This document shows positions 18,800 to 25,952 of a stretch of DNA of 25,952 nucleotides, one piece after another. Where the stretch lies: NCBI GenBank assembly GCA_963802945.1, contig CAWDKY010000043.1, forward strand, positions 1-25,952. Direction: 5' to 3'. Each line of letters starts with the position of its first letter. The first letter of the stretch is position 1. The notes under the pieces are model-generated. The model had not been told where the DNA came from. It saw only the letters and a program-made list of their open reading frames with translations, and did no database searches. The position numbers were made by a program, and so were the translations under genes. Origin of the DNA: an uncultured delta proteobacterium (GTDB lineage: Bacteria > Desulfobacterota > RBG-13-43-22).

Positions 18800-18895
18800 A
18801 AATTGCTCCTTTCCTGCTTTATCCGATTTTTTTGTTTCCCTATAACAACTTTTAATCATTGGTGATTTAAGTTATATTTTCCCCAAATAGATTAT

Positions 18896-18911
18896 TGGCA
18901 TCCTTCTTGTA
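18896..18911 (+). promoter_or_regulatory. Sigma54 promoter TGGCATCCTTCTTGTA
   Basis: TGGCA...TTGTA with correct spacing. Confidence 0.75.
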
Positions 18912-18999
18912 TTATCTTTCAGTAAACGCAGTCAACAGCAGTAAATATTAATTGCCCGCATTTTGAGAAGCGGAGTTCAGTGTAGAAGGGAGGTGAAAG

Positions 19000-19392
19000 A
19001 TGATGAATAAAACCAAAAAGTATTTTTTTATCCTGGGCCTTTTGGTGCTTCTATTGGTACCTGCTTTGGTAGCCAATGCGGAGACCATAACCGGCAAGTT
19101 GGAAGGACTTACTTGCCTTATTCAGGGTTATATTTGCCCGATCGACAAAGCTGATCCCATGATTAATTTGGAAAAAGATTTCGTGGTGGTAACGGCGAGT
19201 GGCAATTATTATTTCCTGACGAATATCGGTTTAGGCCTCAAAGCCAGACATGCCCTGGAGGTGGTGGAAGTGACTGGGGATGTAAATCCTAAGTACAAAA
19301 CCGTCATGGTCAAAACGTTGAAGGTCGGCGGAAAAGTCGTTTGGGATCAAGAGATGGAAAATTCAATGATGCAAGAAATGCGTATTAAGTAA
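19000..19392 (+). CDS. Exported hypothetical protein with a C-x6-CP motif
   Basis: GGAGGTG RBS; signal peptide ending ANA|E; CLIQGYICP; beta-rich. Confidence 0.8.
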   Translation: MMNKTKKYFFILGLLVLLLVPALVANAETITGKLEGLTCLIQGYICPIDKADPMINLEKDFVVVTASGNYYFLTNIGLGLKARHALEVVEVTGDVNPKYKTVMVKTLKVGGKVVWDQEMENSMMQEMRIK

Positions 19393-19422
19393 AGAAATAA
19401 GCTCAGCATTAACAACCTAGAA

Positions 19423-19458
19423 GATAAGAGGCGGCCGTTTTCCCCGTCGCCTCTTATC
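19423..19458 (+). terminator. Strong hairpin between ORF 19000 and apbE
   Basis: GATAAGAGGCG / CGCCTCTTATC perfect 11-bp stem; T-rich stretch shortly after. Confidence 0.65.
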
Positions 19459-19553
19459 GCTTATAATCTTTTTGTTGATCAGTGCATGTTTTAAGTAACA
19501 CCCCGTCTTTATCTTATTGGTACTCCATTTCACCCTTCGCCAGGAGATCAAAT

Positions 19554-20597
19554 ATGATATTCTTGATGAATAGACGCACCTTTATTCAAAGTCTGTGTAT
19601 GTTAAGTGCCGGCTGGACGGTCAAAGGCTGGGCAAATCCTCTGGGGCACACTCGCTTTTCTTCGACCCTGAATAAGGTCTCCGAGACAAGAAATCTTATG
19701 GGTACCTTTGTCACCATTACCCTTTTTCATCCTTCTCGTGAACAGGCCCAGGCTGTCCTCGGACAGGCCTTTGATCGGATGGAAAACCTGATTCAGATCT
19801 TCAATCGCCATGAGGATAGCTCGCCGGTGAGTTACTTAAACGAACGAGGCTTCATCAATGATCCTCCACCAGAACTGATTAAAGTACTTCGGCGATCGAT
19901 GATGATCCACTTCCGGACCCACGGTGCCTTTGACATTACCATTAAACCCGTTTTGGACCTTTATGAGGCTGAAGTTGAAAAGGAATCGGGCCGGCTTCCA
20001 TCAACCGCATCCATCCAGGCTGCCTTGGGACGGGTAGGTGCCGCAAAAGTGGAGATTGGTCCCCAAAAAATTACCTTTGGTAAAGAGGGTATGGGGATTA
20101 CTCTTGATGGAATAGCCAAAGGTACTATTGTGGATGAGACCATTGCCTTTCTCCAAAGAAATGGAATTCAGCACGCCCTGGTAGTTGCCGGTGGTGACCT
20201 GAGGGTGATAGGGGGACATTCTGCAGGTTTGCCCTGGAGGATTGCCGTTTATGACCCTACCAAGGGAACAAAATCTCAGGAAATAATTTCCTTAGTGGAA
20301 GGTGCGGTGGCCACTTCCGGAAACTATATGGTTTATTTTGACCAGGAAAAAATCCATCATCACATCCTTGCCCCTGAAAGCGGGGTATCGTCTCCTTGGT
20401 TGGTTAGTGCTACGGTTATAGCCCCCTCAGCTGAAGAAGCCGATGCCCTATCCACCTCGCTTATGGTGTTGAATCCCGAAGATGGCGGGGCTCTTGTCAA
20501 CCGGGATGAGCGTCTTGCCTCCAGGCTCATAACCCGTGAAAGCAGGAAAGTCCATTCGTTGAAGTGGCCGAAAACTTCTCAGACGACGGAAGGATAA
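19554..20597 (+). CDS. apbE: FAD:protein FMN transferase (ApbE family), Tat-exported
   Basis: AGGAGA RBS; NRRTFI Tat motif; MGTFV; GAFDITI.P; LDGIAKG; AGGD; AVATSGNY; SATVIAP...ADALST. Confidence 0.93.
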   Translation: MIFLMNRRTFIQSLCMLSAGWTVKGWANPLGHTRFSSTLNKVSETRNLMGTFVTITLFHPSREQAQAVLGQAFDRMENLIQIFNRHEDSSPVSYLNERGFINDPPPELIKVLRRSMMIHFRTHGAFDITIKPVLDLYEAEVEKESGRLPSTASIQAALGRVGAAKVEIGPQKITFGKEGMGITLDGIAKGTIVDETIAFLQRNGIQHALVVAGGDLRVIGGHSAGLPWRIAVYDPTKGTKSQEIISLVEGAVATSGNYMVYFDQEKIHHHILAPESGVSSPWLVSATVIAPSAEEADALSTSLMVLNPEDGGALVNRDERLASRLITRESRKVHSLKWPKTSQTTEG

Positions 20598-20604
20598 AAC
20601 GATC

Positions 20605-21729
20605 ATGCTTAAGAGATCATCCTTTATTCCAATACTGTTAGGATTGGGAATGGCCATAGGGGTTTTCGGGTTGATAACCGAATCCTATGCTCAAGAAAAC
20701 CATTTGATAAAAGAAGGGGAGCTATTTCCAGGGGTTGTCTTGAAAACCCCTGGCGACTTTAAGGACAGGGTCTATCTTGAGATGTTGGGCAAAGAGAGTT
20801 TTGCTATTAAAGAAATAAAGGCCAAAGTTATTTTAGTGGAAATTATGAATGTTTACTGTGCCAGCTGCCAGAACCTGGTCCCGATATACAATAAACTGTT
20901 TGCCCTGATTCAATCAACCCCTGAGACCAAGAAAGGGATTAAAATGATCGGGATTGCTGCGGGAAATAATGATCAAGAAGTTAAAATTTTTCGGGATCAT
21001 TTCCAGGTGCCTTATCCAATCATTCCAGATCCTAAATATGTCATGCATGAGGCTATTGGAGGAAGCCCAACCCCTTTCTCTATTTTCGTCAGACGGGAAG
21101 CAAAAAGAAAAGATGTTCTGGTAGCCGGGACCCACTTGGGTTTTGACGAACATTATAAAGAATTGTTTCAGCAACTGAAAAGATTGATGAGGGTTGATCT
21201 GACAACCATTCGTAAAAAAGGGGAAAAAATCGAGAGTAAGGTTTTAACGATCAAATCCCCTTACAGTGAAGAAGAACTTCAGACCAAGATCAAAGAAGCT
21301 TTTACCAAGGCAGATGGGCGGTTAACCGGCTTCGGTAAAATTCTAATTAGTGGAGGTAGGGGAATATATGTCGGAATGGTTGGAAAGGAGGGACAGGCAG
21401 AAACCCAACTTTTTGCCGAGGTGGTCAGCCAACATCCCACCTGTGATGTCTGCCATGATATCCATTTTATTTATACCTTCGAAGCCTCCGGAAAGATCCT
21501 TGATTTTATACCTCTTCAATTATCAAAATATGGCAATATCCCCTGGGATGAAGCCGATATCGCCAAGATGCGCCGCAGAATTATCAACAGATATATTTAT
21601 CGCCCCTTCTCTTTTGATGCCCAAGTCGACGCCGTTACCTCGGCGACTATTACTTCGGCTGCAATTTTTAAAGGCCTTGATAAAGGACAGGTCCTCTTTG
21701 AAGAACTTAAAAAAAAGGGGTTGATTTAG
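20605..21729 (+). CDS. Exported TlpA/thioredoxin-like (CxxC) domain fused to a CxxCH-containing FMN-binding-like domain
   Basis: Signal peptide (SYA|Q); VILVEIMNVYCASCQ and TPF thioredoxin fold; CDVCH; C-terminal VDAVTSATITS flavinylation-type motif; 7 bp after apbE. Confidence 0.82.
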   Translation: MLKRSSFIPILLGLGMAIGVFGLITESYAQENHLIKEGELFPGVVLKTPGDFKDRVYLEMLGKESFAIKEIKAKVILVEIMNVYCASCQNLVPIYNKLFALIQSTPETKKGIKMIGIAAGNNDQEVKIFRDHFQVPYPIIPDPKYVMHEAIGGSPTPFSIFVRREAKRKDVLVAGTHLGFDEHYKELFQQLKRLMRVDLTTIRKKGEKIESKVLTIKSPYSEEELQTKIKEAFTKADGRLTGFGKILISGGRGIYVGMVGKEGQAETQLFAEVVSQHPTCDVCHDIHFIYTFEASGKILDFIPLQLSKYGNIPWDEADIAKMRRRIINRYIYRPFSFDAQVDAVTSATITSAAIFKGLDKGQVLFEELKKKGLI

Positions 21730-21806
21730 GTCCTATCCCAGTCCTTCAGTAGATATAATATAGAGACAACTGTGAGGCCCTTAATTTTTGCCTGATAGTA
21801 TTCTAC

Positions 21807-21852
21807 AAGACTTTTTCTTTTTAAATGATACGATTTCTTATTGAAAGAGAAA
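21807..21852. promoter_or_regulatory. Regulon enhancer copy 5 (AAGACT-T-TTTCTT-N7-GATACG-A-TTTCTT-N7-GAGAAA)
   Basis: 20-bp phased boxes ending 99 bp before the GG at 21951. Confidence 0.72.
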
Positions 21853-21949
21853 ATAGACGTCATTCGTGTTCTAATCAACCTCCCCTATTTTATTTCTAAC
21901 TTATAATAATTATTAAAGATATCTAAATTTTTTCCCCAAGACCACATCT

Positions 21950-21965
21950 TGGTATCTATCTTGCT
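21950..21965 (+). promoter_or_regulatory. Sigma54 promoter TGGTATCTATCTTGCT
   Basis: GG-N10-GC with TTGCT; overlaps the ORF-track TTG start, so the true start lies downstream. Confidence 0.75.
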
Positions 21966-21999
21966 TTTCCATTTAATAGACATTATGGAAACTACAGAT

Positions 22000-22401
22000 A
22001 TGATCAAAAAAGAAGGAAAGGGATTACGACCAATAACAAATATCCTTTTCTATTCTCCCCAAGTCGACAAACCAGAGAATGAGTTAATTAAATCATTGGA
22101 AGGTTTGATCCCGGGGAAAAAAGTCAAAATTTATAGGACCAAGGAAAGCCTTTTAGCAAGACTCCAAAAACCACTGGCTCAAAAGCCGGTTTTGGTCCTT
22201 TTTATTTATAGCCGGGAGGATCTTGATACCTTCATAGCGTATAAGCCTCTATTAAATGACATCCCCATAATACTCATTCTTCCGGAAAGAGAAAGCTATA
22301 TGATTGCCAGGGGCCATAGCCTGCGACCCCGTTTCTTAAGTTTTAATGACAACGGTTTAAACGAGGTTAAAGGGGTATTAAAAAAGATGTTATGTGCTTA
22401 A
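22000..22401 (+). CDS. Degenerate receiver-like (pseudo-REC) hypothetical protein
   Basis: Alternating beta/alpha pattern (NILFYS, VLVLF, IPIILILP, L.PRFL) without the acidic pocket or phospho-Asp; start could be 21985 or 22000. Confidence 0.7.
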   Translation: MIKKEGKGLRPITNILFYSPQVDKPENELIKSLEGLIPGKKVKIYRTKESLLARLQKPLAQKPVLVLFIYSREDLDTFIAYKPLLNDIPIILILPERESYMIARGHSLRPRFLSFNDNGLNEVKGVLKKMLCA

Positions 22402-22431
22402 CCGTTTAAATTGGAAAGGAGGCCTAACCTA

Positions 22432-22626
22432 ATGGATGAATTAAAAAATTATAACCTGTTACCCACGGATTTATTAAGCCAGGAGGAAATCAATTTTATT
22501 TTAATGGATTCTTCAAATGACATTCACTCTTCAAAAATAAAGGACAGCATCAGGGCCGAAGCCATGGATATTTTAAAAAAAGACGTTAGCGGAACCTTAT
22601 TGCTGCCTTTTATGAAAACCGATTAA
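22432..22626 (+). CDS. Small hypothetical protein
   Basis: AAGGAGG RBS 9 nt before ATG 22432; operonic position. Confidence 0.55.
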   Translation: MDELKNYNLLPTDLLSQEEINFILMDSSNDIHSSKIKDSIRAEAMDILKKDVSGTLLLPFMKTD

Positions 22627-22671
22627 AGAGAAGAAAGCCATGATTCAGATAAATTTTAAAGGAGATCCAAA

Positions 22672-23118
22672 ATGTTTTCACCCAAAAGTATTCTGGTTCC
22701 AACCGATTTTTCCGAGTTTTCGGATAAGGCGTTGCAACAGGCGATAGATATCGCCAAACAATTCAAAAGCAAGATCTATCTATTGCATATCGTCGGAATA
22801 GTCATTCAATGTGCCGTCGACTATTGTCTGGATTTGCAAACGGTAAATGAAGTGGAACAAAAAAGTATCGACAGTGCTAAAAAGATGGCTGAAGAACAAC
22901 TGGCTAAATTTCCGGATTCTAAATCGGTTGATATCTCCGTTGATATCCGGAAAGGGACCCCCTATGAAGAAATCTTAAAAGATCAACAGGAAAAAAAGAT
23001 CGACCTGATCGTGATTGCCTCGCATGGGAAAACAGGCTTGAGGCACTATCTTATCGGAAGCGTGGCCGAAAAGGTGGTACAAGTTGCCAAATGCCCGGTT
23101 CTTCTGGTGAGGGGTTGA
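22672..23118 (+). CDS. Universal stress protein (UspA family)
   Basis: ILVPTDFS; G.PYEEIL; DLIVIASHGKTG...LIGSVAEKVV..AKCPVLLVR. Confidence 0.95.
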   Translation: MFSPKSILVPTDFSEFSDKALQQAIDIAKQFKSKIYLLHIVGIVIQCAVDYCLDLQTVNEVEQKSIDSAKKMAEEQLAKFPDSKSVDISVDIRKGTPYEEILKDQQEKKIDLIVIASHGKTGLRHYLIGSVAEKVVQVAKCPVLLVRG

Positions 23119-23169
23119 AGTTAAAGAGAAAAGGAAAACATAAAAGTAAAGGTCGAATAAGCATCTTGG

Positions 23170-23209
23170 CATCTCGTCCCTCGGACTTTCCGTCCCAAGG
23201 GACAAGATG
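23170..23209. other. Long imperfect intergenic hairpin between usp and the SOR-like gene
   Basis: CATCTCGTCCCTCGGAC / GTCCCAAGGGACAAGATG arms; no U-tail. Confidence 0.5.
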
Positions 23210-23226
23210 ATGACGGGAGAAAAGCT

Positions 23227-23622
23227 ATGAATAAAATTGGAAAATTAGTTCAATCGGACGATTGGAAAAAAGAAAAGCATGTCCCGGTCATTGAGTGTGC
23301 AGACCCGATTAAAGGCGGAGAAAAACTTGAGATCAAGGTCTGTGTGGGAAAAGAAATAGCTCACCCGAACACGACCGAACACCACATCCGCTGGATCCAG
23401 GTTTTCTTTAAACCGGATAACGAAAAGTTCAGTTACCAACTTGCCCAATGTGAATTTTCCGCCCATGGAGAGTCCGTTGAAGGCCCCAATCAGGGATGTC
23501 TTTACACCGATCACTCAGTCACGGTATGTGCGGTACTCAAGAAATCAGGGACGATTTTTGCCCTAAGTTTTTGCAATATTAACGGATTTTGGGAGAATAA
23601 CAAAACGATCAAGGTAAATTGA
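23227..23622 (+). CDS. Neelaredoxin / class II superoxide reductase-like protein; last Fe-ligand His replaced by Asn
   Basis: EKHVP, HPNTTEHHIRWI and AHGES motifs; CNING where CNIHG is expected. Confidence 0.9.
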   Translation: MNKIGKLVQSDDWKKEKHVPVIECADPIKGGEKLEIKVCVGKEIAHPNTTEHHIRWIQVFFKPDNEKFSYQLAQCEFSAHGESVEGPNQGCLYTDHSVTVCAVLKKSGTIFALSFCNINGFWENNKTIKVN

Positions 23623-23697
23623 CTTGTCTTAAAAGAGAGGTCAACAAGTTAACCGCAACGATATGAGCAGAAGGATTGTCATGATTACGGAGGACCA

Positions 23698-23919
23698 ATG
23701 AAGAGAGCCGTCAAAATCATGCATATCAATAGTCATTACGAAGTTATCTATATCATCATCAATGATGGGACCTTGATAAAATCTACCGTTCCTCTGGAAA
23801 CCGCCATATCTATGTTGAAAAACAATACCTTTGATCTCATTCTTGCCGAACCCCAAAATATGGCCATCCTGACCCCTCAAACGGCCAGGGATGATTTTGC
23901 CCTATCCCAAAGGGTATGA
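23698..23919 (+). CDS. Small hypothetical protein (partial receiver-like pattern)
   Basis: GGAGGA RBS; ETAISMLKNNTFDLILAE resembles REC alpha2-beta3. Confidence 0.6.
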   Translation: MKRAVKIMHINSHYEVIYIIINDGTLIKSTVPLETAISMLKNNTFDLILAEPQNMAILTPQTARDDFALSQRV

Positions 23920-24215
23920 AGTGTACCATATTGACCTTAACCCTCACCATATTGTCTTTCTTGGCGTTAGAAGGAATTTATTTTTTTAGGAGGATATAAT
24001 GGCCATAAAGAAAAACAGTTTTTTTATGTCAAAACCCCCTGAATGCCCCGTACGGATACACGGGAAACTTTACTTGTTGAAACGACTGCTAGTCGTGTTT
24101 AAGGAATTTGGCCGATGAGGTGAGAGCTACCTGACGTGCCTGGTAAAAACAACCCATTCAGCAAACCGCAGGTCGGCAGCGGGCTCGAGTGAATAAATCA
24201 ATAAGGAGATGTATA

Positions 24216-24755
24216 ATGGCCAAAGAAGAGAAACAGGAAGGTAAAGTTGACAGGCAGAGGATGATGGAAGTGTATCAAAAGCTGGGAATTCCGGGCGCCC
24301 CTCACAAGCTTCTGGCGAGCATGGCGGGAAGTTGGAACACCCAACTCAAGTCGTGGACGGAACCCAACAAGCCTCCTATGGAATCTACAGGTACTTCCGA
24401 ACAGAAAATGCTCCTTGGGGGGCGCTTCTTGCAGCAGAAATTTACCAGTGACATGATGAGGAGTCCGTTCACCGGCATCGGCTTCACCGGGTATGATAAC
24501 CATACCAAGAAATACGTTTCGACCTGGATGGATTCAACGGGTACCGGCATTTTATTTTTTGAGGGGACTGCCAGTGCAGATGGCAAGACCATTACCCAAG
24601 AATACTATCATGACAACCCCGTCAGAGGACCCATGAAGTGGCGTTCGGTGACCAGGATCGTAGATAACAATACCTGGATGTTTGAAATGTATGGTACCGA
24701 CAAGAATGGAAAAGAAGAGAAAGGGATGGAGATTACCTACACTCGGAAGCGTTGA
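24216..24755 (+). CDS. DUF1579-family protein
   Basis: AAGGAG RBS; PGAPHKLLA.MAGSW; LGGRFLQQ; GYDNHTKKYVSTWMDS. Confidence 0.88.
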   Translation: MAKEEKQEGKVDRQRMMEVYQKLGIPGAPHKLLASMAGSWNTQLKSWTEPNKPPMESTGTSEQKMLLGGRFLQQKFTSDMMRSPFTGIGFTGYDNHTKKYVSTWMDSTGTGILFFEGTASADGKTITQEYYHDNPVRGPMKWRSVTRIVDNNTWMFEMYGTDKNGKEEKGMEITYTRKR

Positions 24756-25186
24756 TGAGCGAAGGCGGCCATCAAGGCTGAAAACAATCAGGAGAACTTC
24801 GATATTCTCAATAAGTTCAGGCGATGATACCTCGTGTAAGACAGGCCTTCGCCTTCTCGCCAGCCTTCAATGTAGTGCTGAACCGTGCGGGTGTATTTAT
24901 CGGCCAGATTCCTGGCACGTGTGGCGGTTTAAATTCCGACAAAAGCCCCAACCAAAATACAACCTACCAACAGGGCCTGAAAAATCGATTTATTTATTTT
25001 CTTCATGCTTAAGTGATCTCTTGATCAATTACAGCTTGGTGAAAAAGATCCATCTAAAGCTTAGCCTGTCTTCAACGCCCTTGGCCTATTAGTTAATCAT
25101 AATAAAAACAAGGCCCCTTTCTGACCGGATAAAAAGTTAGGGGTGAGTTTTCAGATTTAAGCTGTAAGAATCAAAGGGATAATTAC

Positions 25187-25215
25187 TTGCCCCTATTGGA
25201 GAGATGTGCTACTAT
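25187..25215 (+). promoter_or_regulatory. Sigma70 promoter for ssb (TTGCCC-17-TACTAT, with extended TG)
   Basis: Hexamers with a 17-bp spacer upstream of ssb. Confidence 0.5.
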
Positions 25216-25258
25216 TCCCAAAAAGATTATTATGGCAGAAATTTTAAAGGGGGAAATC

Positions 25259-25687
25259 ATGGCTTCGGTAAATAAGGTTATTTTGATCGGAAACCTCGGG
25301 GCTGATCCGGAACTGCGTTATACGGCCACAGGAACGGCAGTAGCCAATTTTAACCTGGCCACCCGGGATAACTGGACCAGCAAAGACGGGAACAAGGAAG
25401 AACGTACCGAATGGCATCGGATCGTAGCCTGGGGACGTTTAGGGGAAATCTGCGGTGAGTATCTGGTCAAAGGCAAGCAGGTTTATATCGAAGGCAAGCT
25501 GCGCACCCGAAGCTGGGAAGACCGGGACGGGAATAAACGCTATACCACCGAAGTCCTGGCCCAGACCATGCAGATGTTGGGACCGGCCGGAGAACGGGTT
25601 TCTTCTGAAAAGGAAGTAGGAAACAAAGATTTCGGCAGCGAACCGCAGGGTGGAGGGCCCTTTCCCGAAGAAGACATTCCTTTTTAA
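25259..25687 (+). CDS. ssb: Single-stranded DNA-binding protein
   Basis: [22 protein letters not shown]...[11 protein letters not shown]...[16 protein letters not shown]; C-terminal acidic EEDIPF. Confidence 0.98.
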   Translation: MASVNKVILIGNLGADPELRYTATGTAVANFNLATRDNWTSKDGNKEERTEWHRIVAWGRLGEICGEYLVKGKQVYIEGKLRTRSWEDRDGNKRYTTEVLAQTMQMLGPAGERVSSEKEVGNKDFGSEPQGGGPFPEEDIPF

Positions 25688-25750
25688 TACCAAAACAGCT
25701 CAATGCTGAAAGATCAAAGCAGGAAATATAAAGTTCAGGGAATCCTTTTT

Positions 25751-25930
25751 TCATGATTCGTGGCCTCCTGCCCCAAGCGGGGCATGAAGGTTGAGTTCGA
25801 AAATACGAATAATGAATTTCGAACACCGAATTTCGAAATCATGAACGGATTGGTTTCTTTCTGTCTTCGATTCAATATTCGTAATTCGATATTCGACGTT
25901 TTCCTGCTTCGTGGCGCTCCCCGGGGCATG
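25751..25930. repeat. Composite REP-like element: two TTCGTGGC...CGGGGCATG units flanking inverted heptamer (NCGAAT) arrays
   Basis: Direct repeats at 25751-25786 and 25902-25930; arms 25797-25838 and 25866-25896 are approximately reverse-complementary with 7-bp periodicity. Confidence 0.65.
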
Positions 25931-25952
25931 TTTTATGAGTCTTCCCGTCCTG

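Noticed and set aside
20605-23622. Selenocysteine recoding in the redox proteins
   Set aside because: The CxxC and other Cys motifs use ordinary Cys codons, and the TGA codons fall at natural C-termini.
25259-25687. ssb as a marker of a prophage or plasmid
   Set aside because: It is a canonical chromosomal-type SSB with a DIPF tail, and no phage, integrase or conjugation genes are in the window.

Overview
About 26 kb of bacterial DNA that looks like an anaerobic deltaproteobacterium (Desulfobacterota/Syntrophales-like, inferred from gene families and sigma54-rich regulation). Every credible gene lies on the + strand. The window holds two sigma54 (NtrC-type) two-component clusters: a Cache-HAMP kinase, bEBP, single REC and REC-HK at 854-6253, and a five-PAS hybrid kinase plus bEBP at 13889-18706. 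Redox and stress accessory genes include cytochrome c, ferredoxin, a Tat metallophosphoesterase-CuA fusion, ApbE, a thioredoxin-CxxCH-FMN-binding fusion, Usp, a SOR-like protein, CBS-ACT and a cupin pseudogene; ssb is at the right end. The main non-obvious structure is a local sigma54 regulon. Five intergenic regions share tandem, ~20-bp-phased TGTCTT-N7-AAGACA-like boxes upstream of a -24/-12 promoter (~99 bp in four, 84 bp in one). One of them fronts an apparent extracytoplasmic flavinylation and electron-transfer module. Several lesions are visible: a 1-nt frameshift in the hybrid kinase REC domain, a deletion in the cupin, and His->Asn at a SOR iron ligand. All family calls come from motif recognition by eye, not from database searches.
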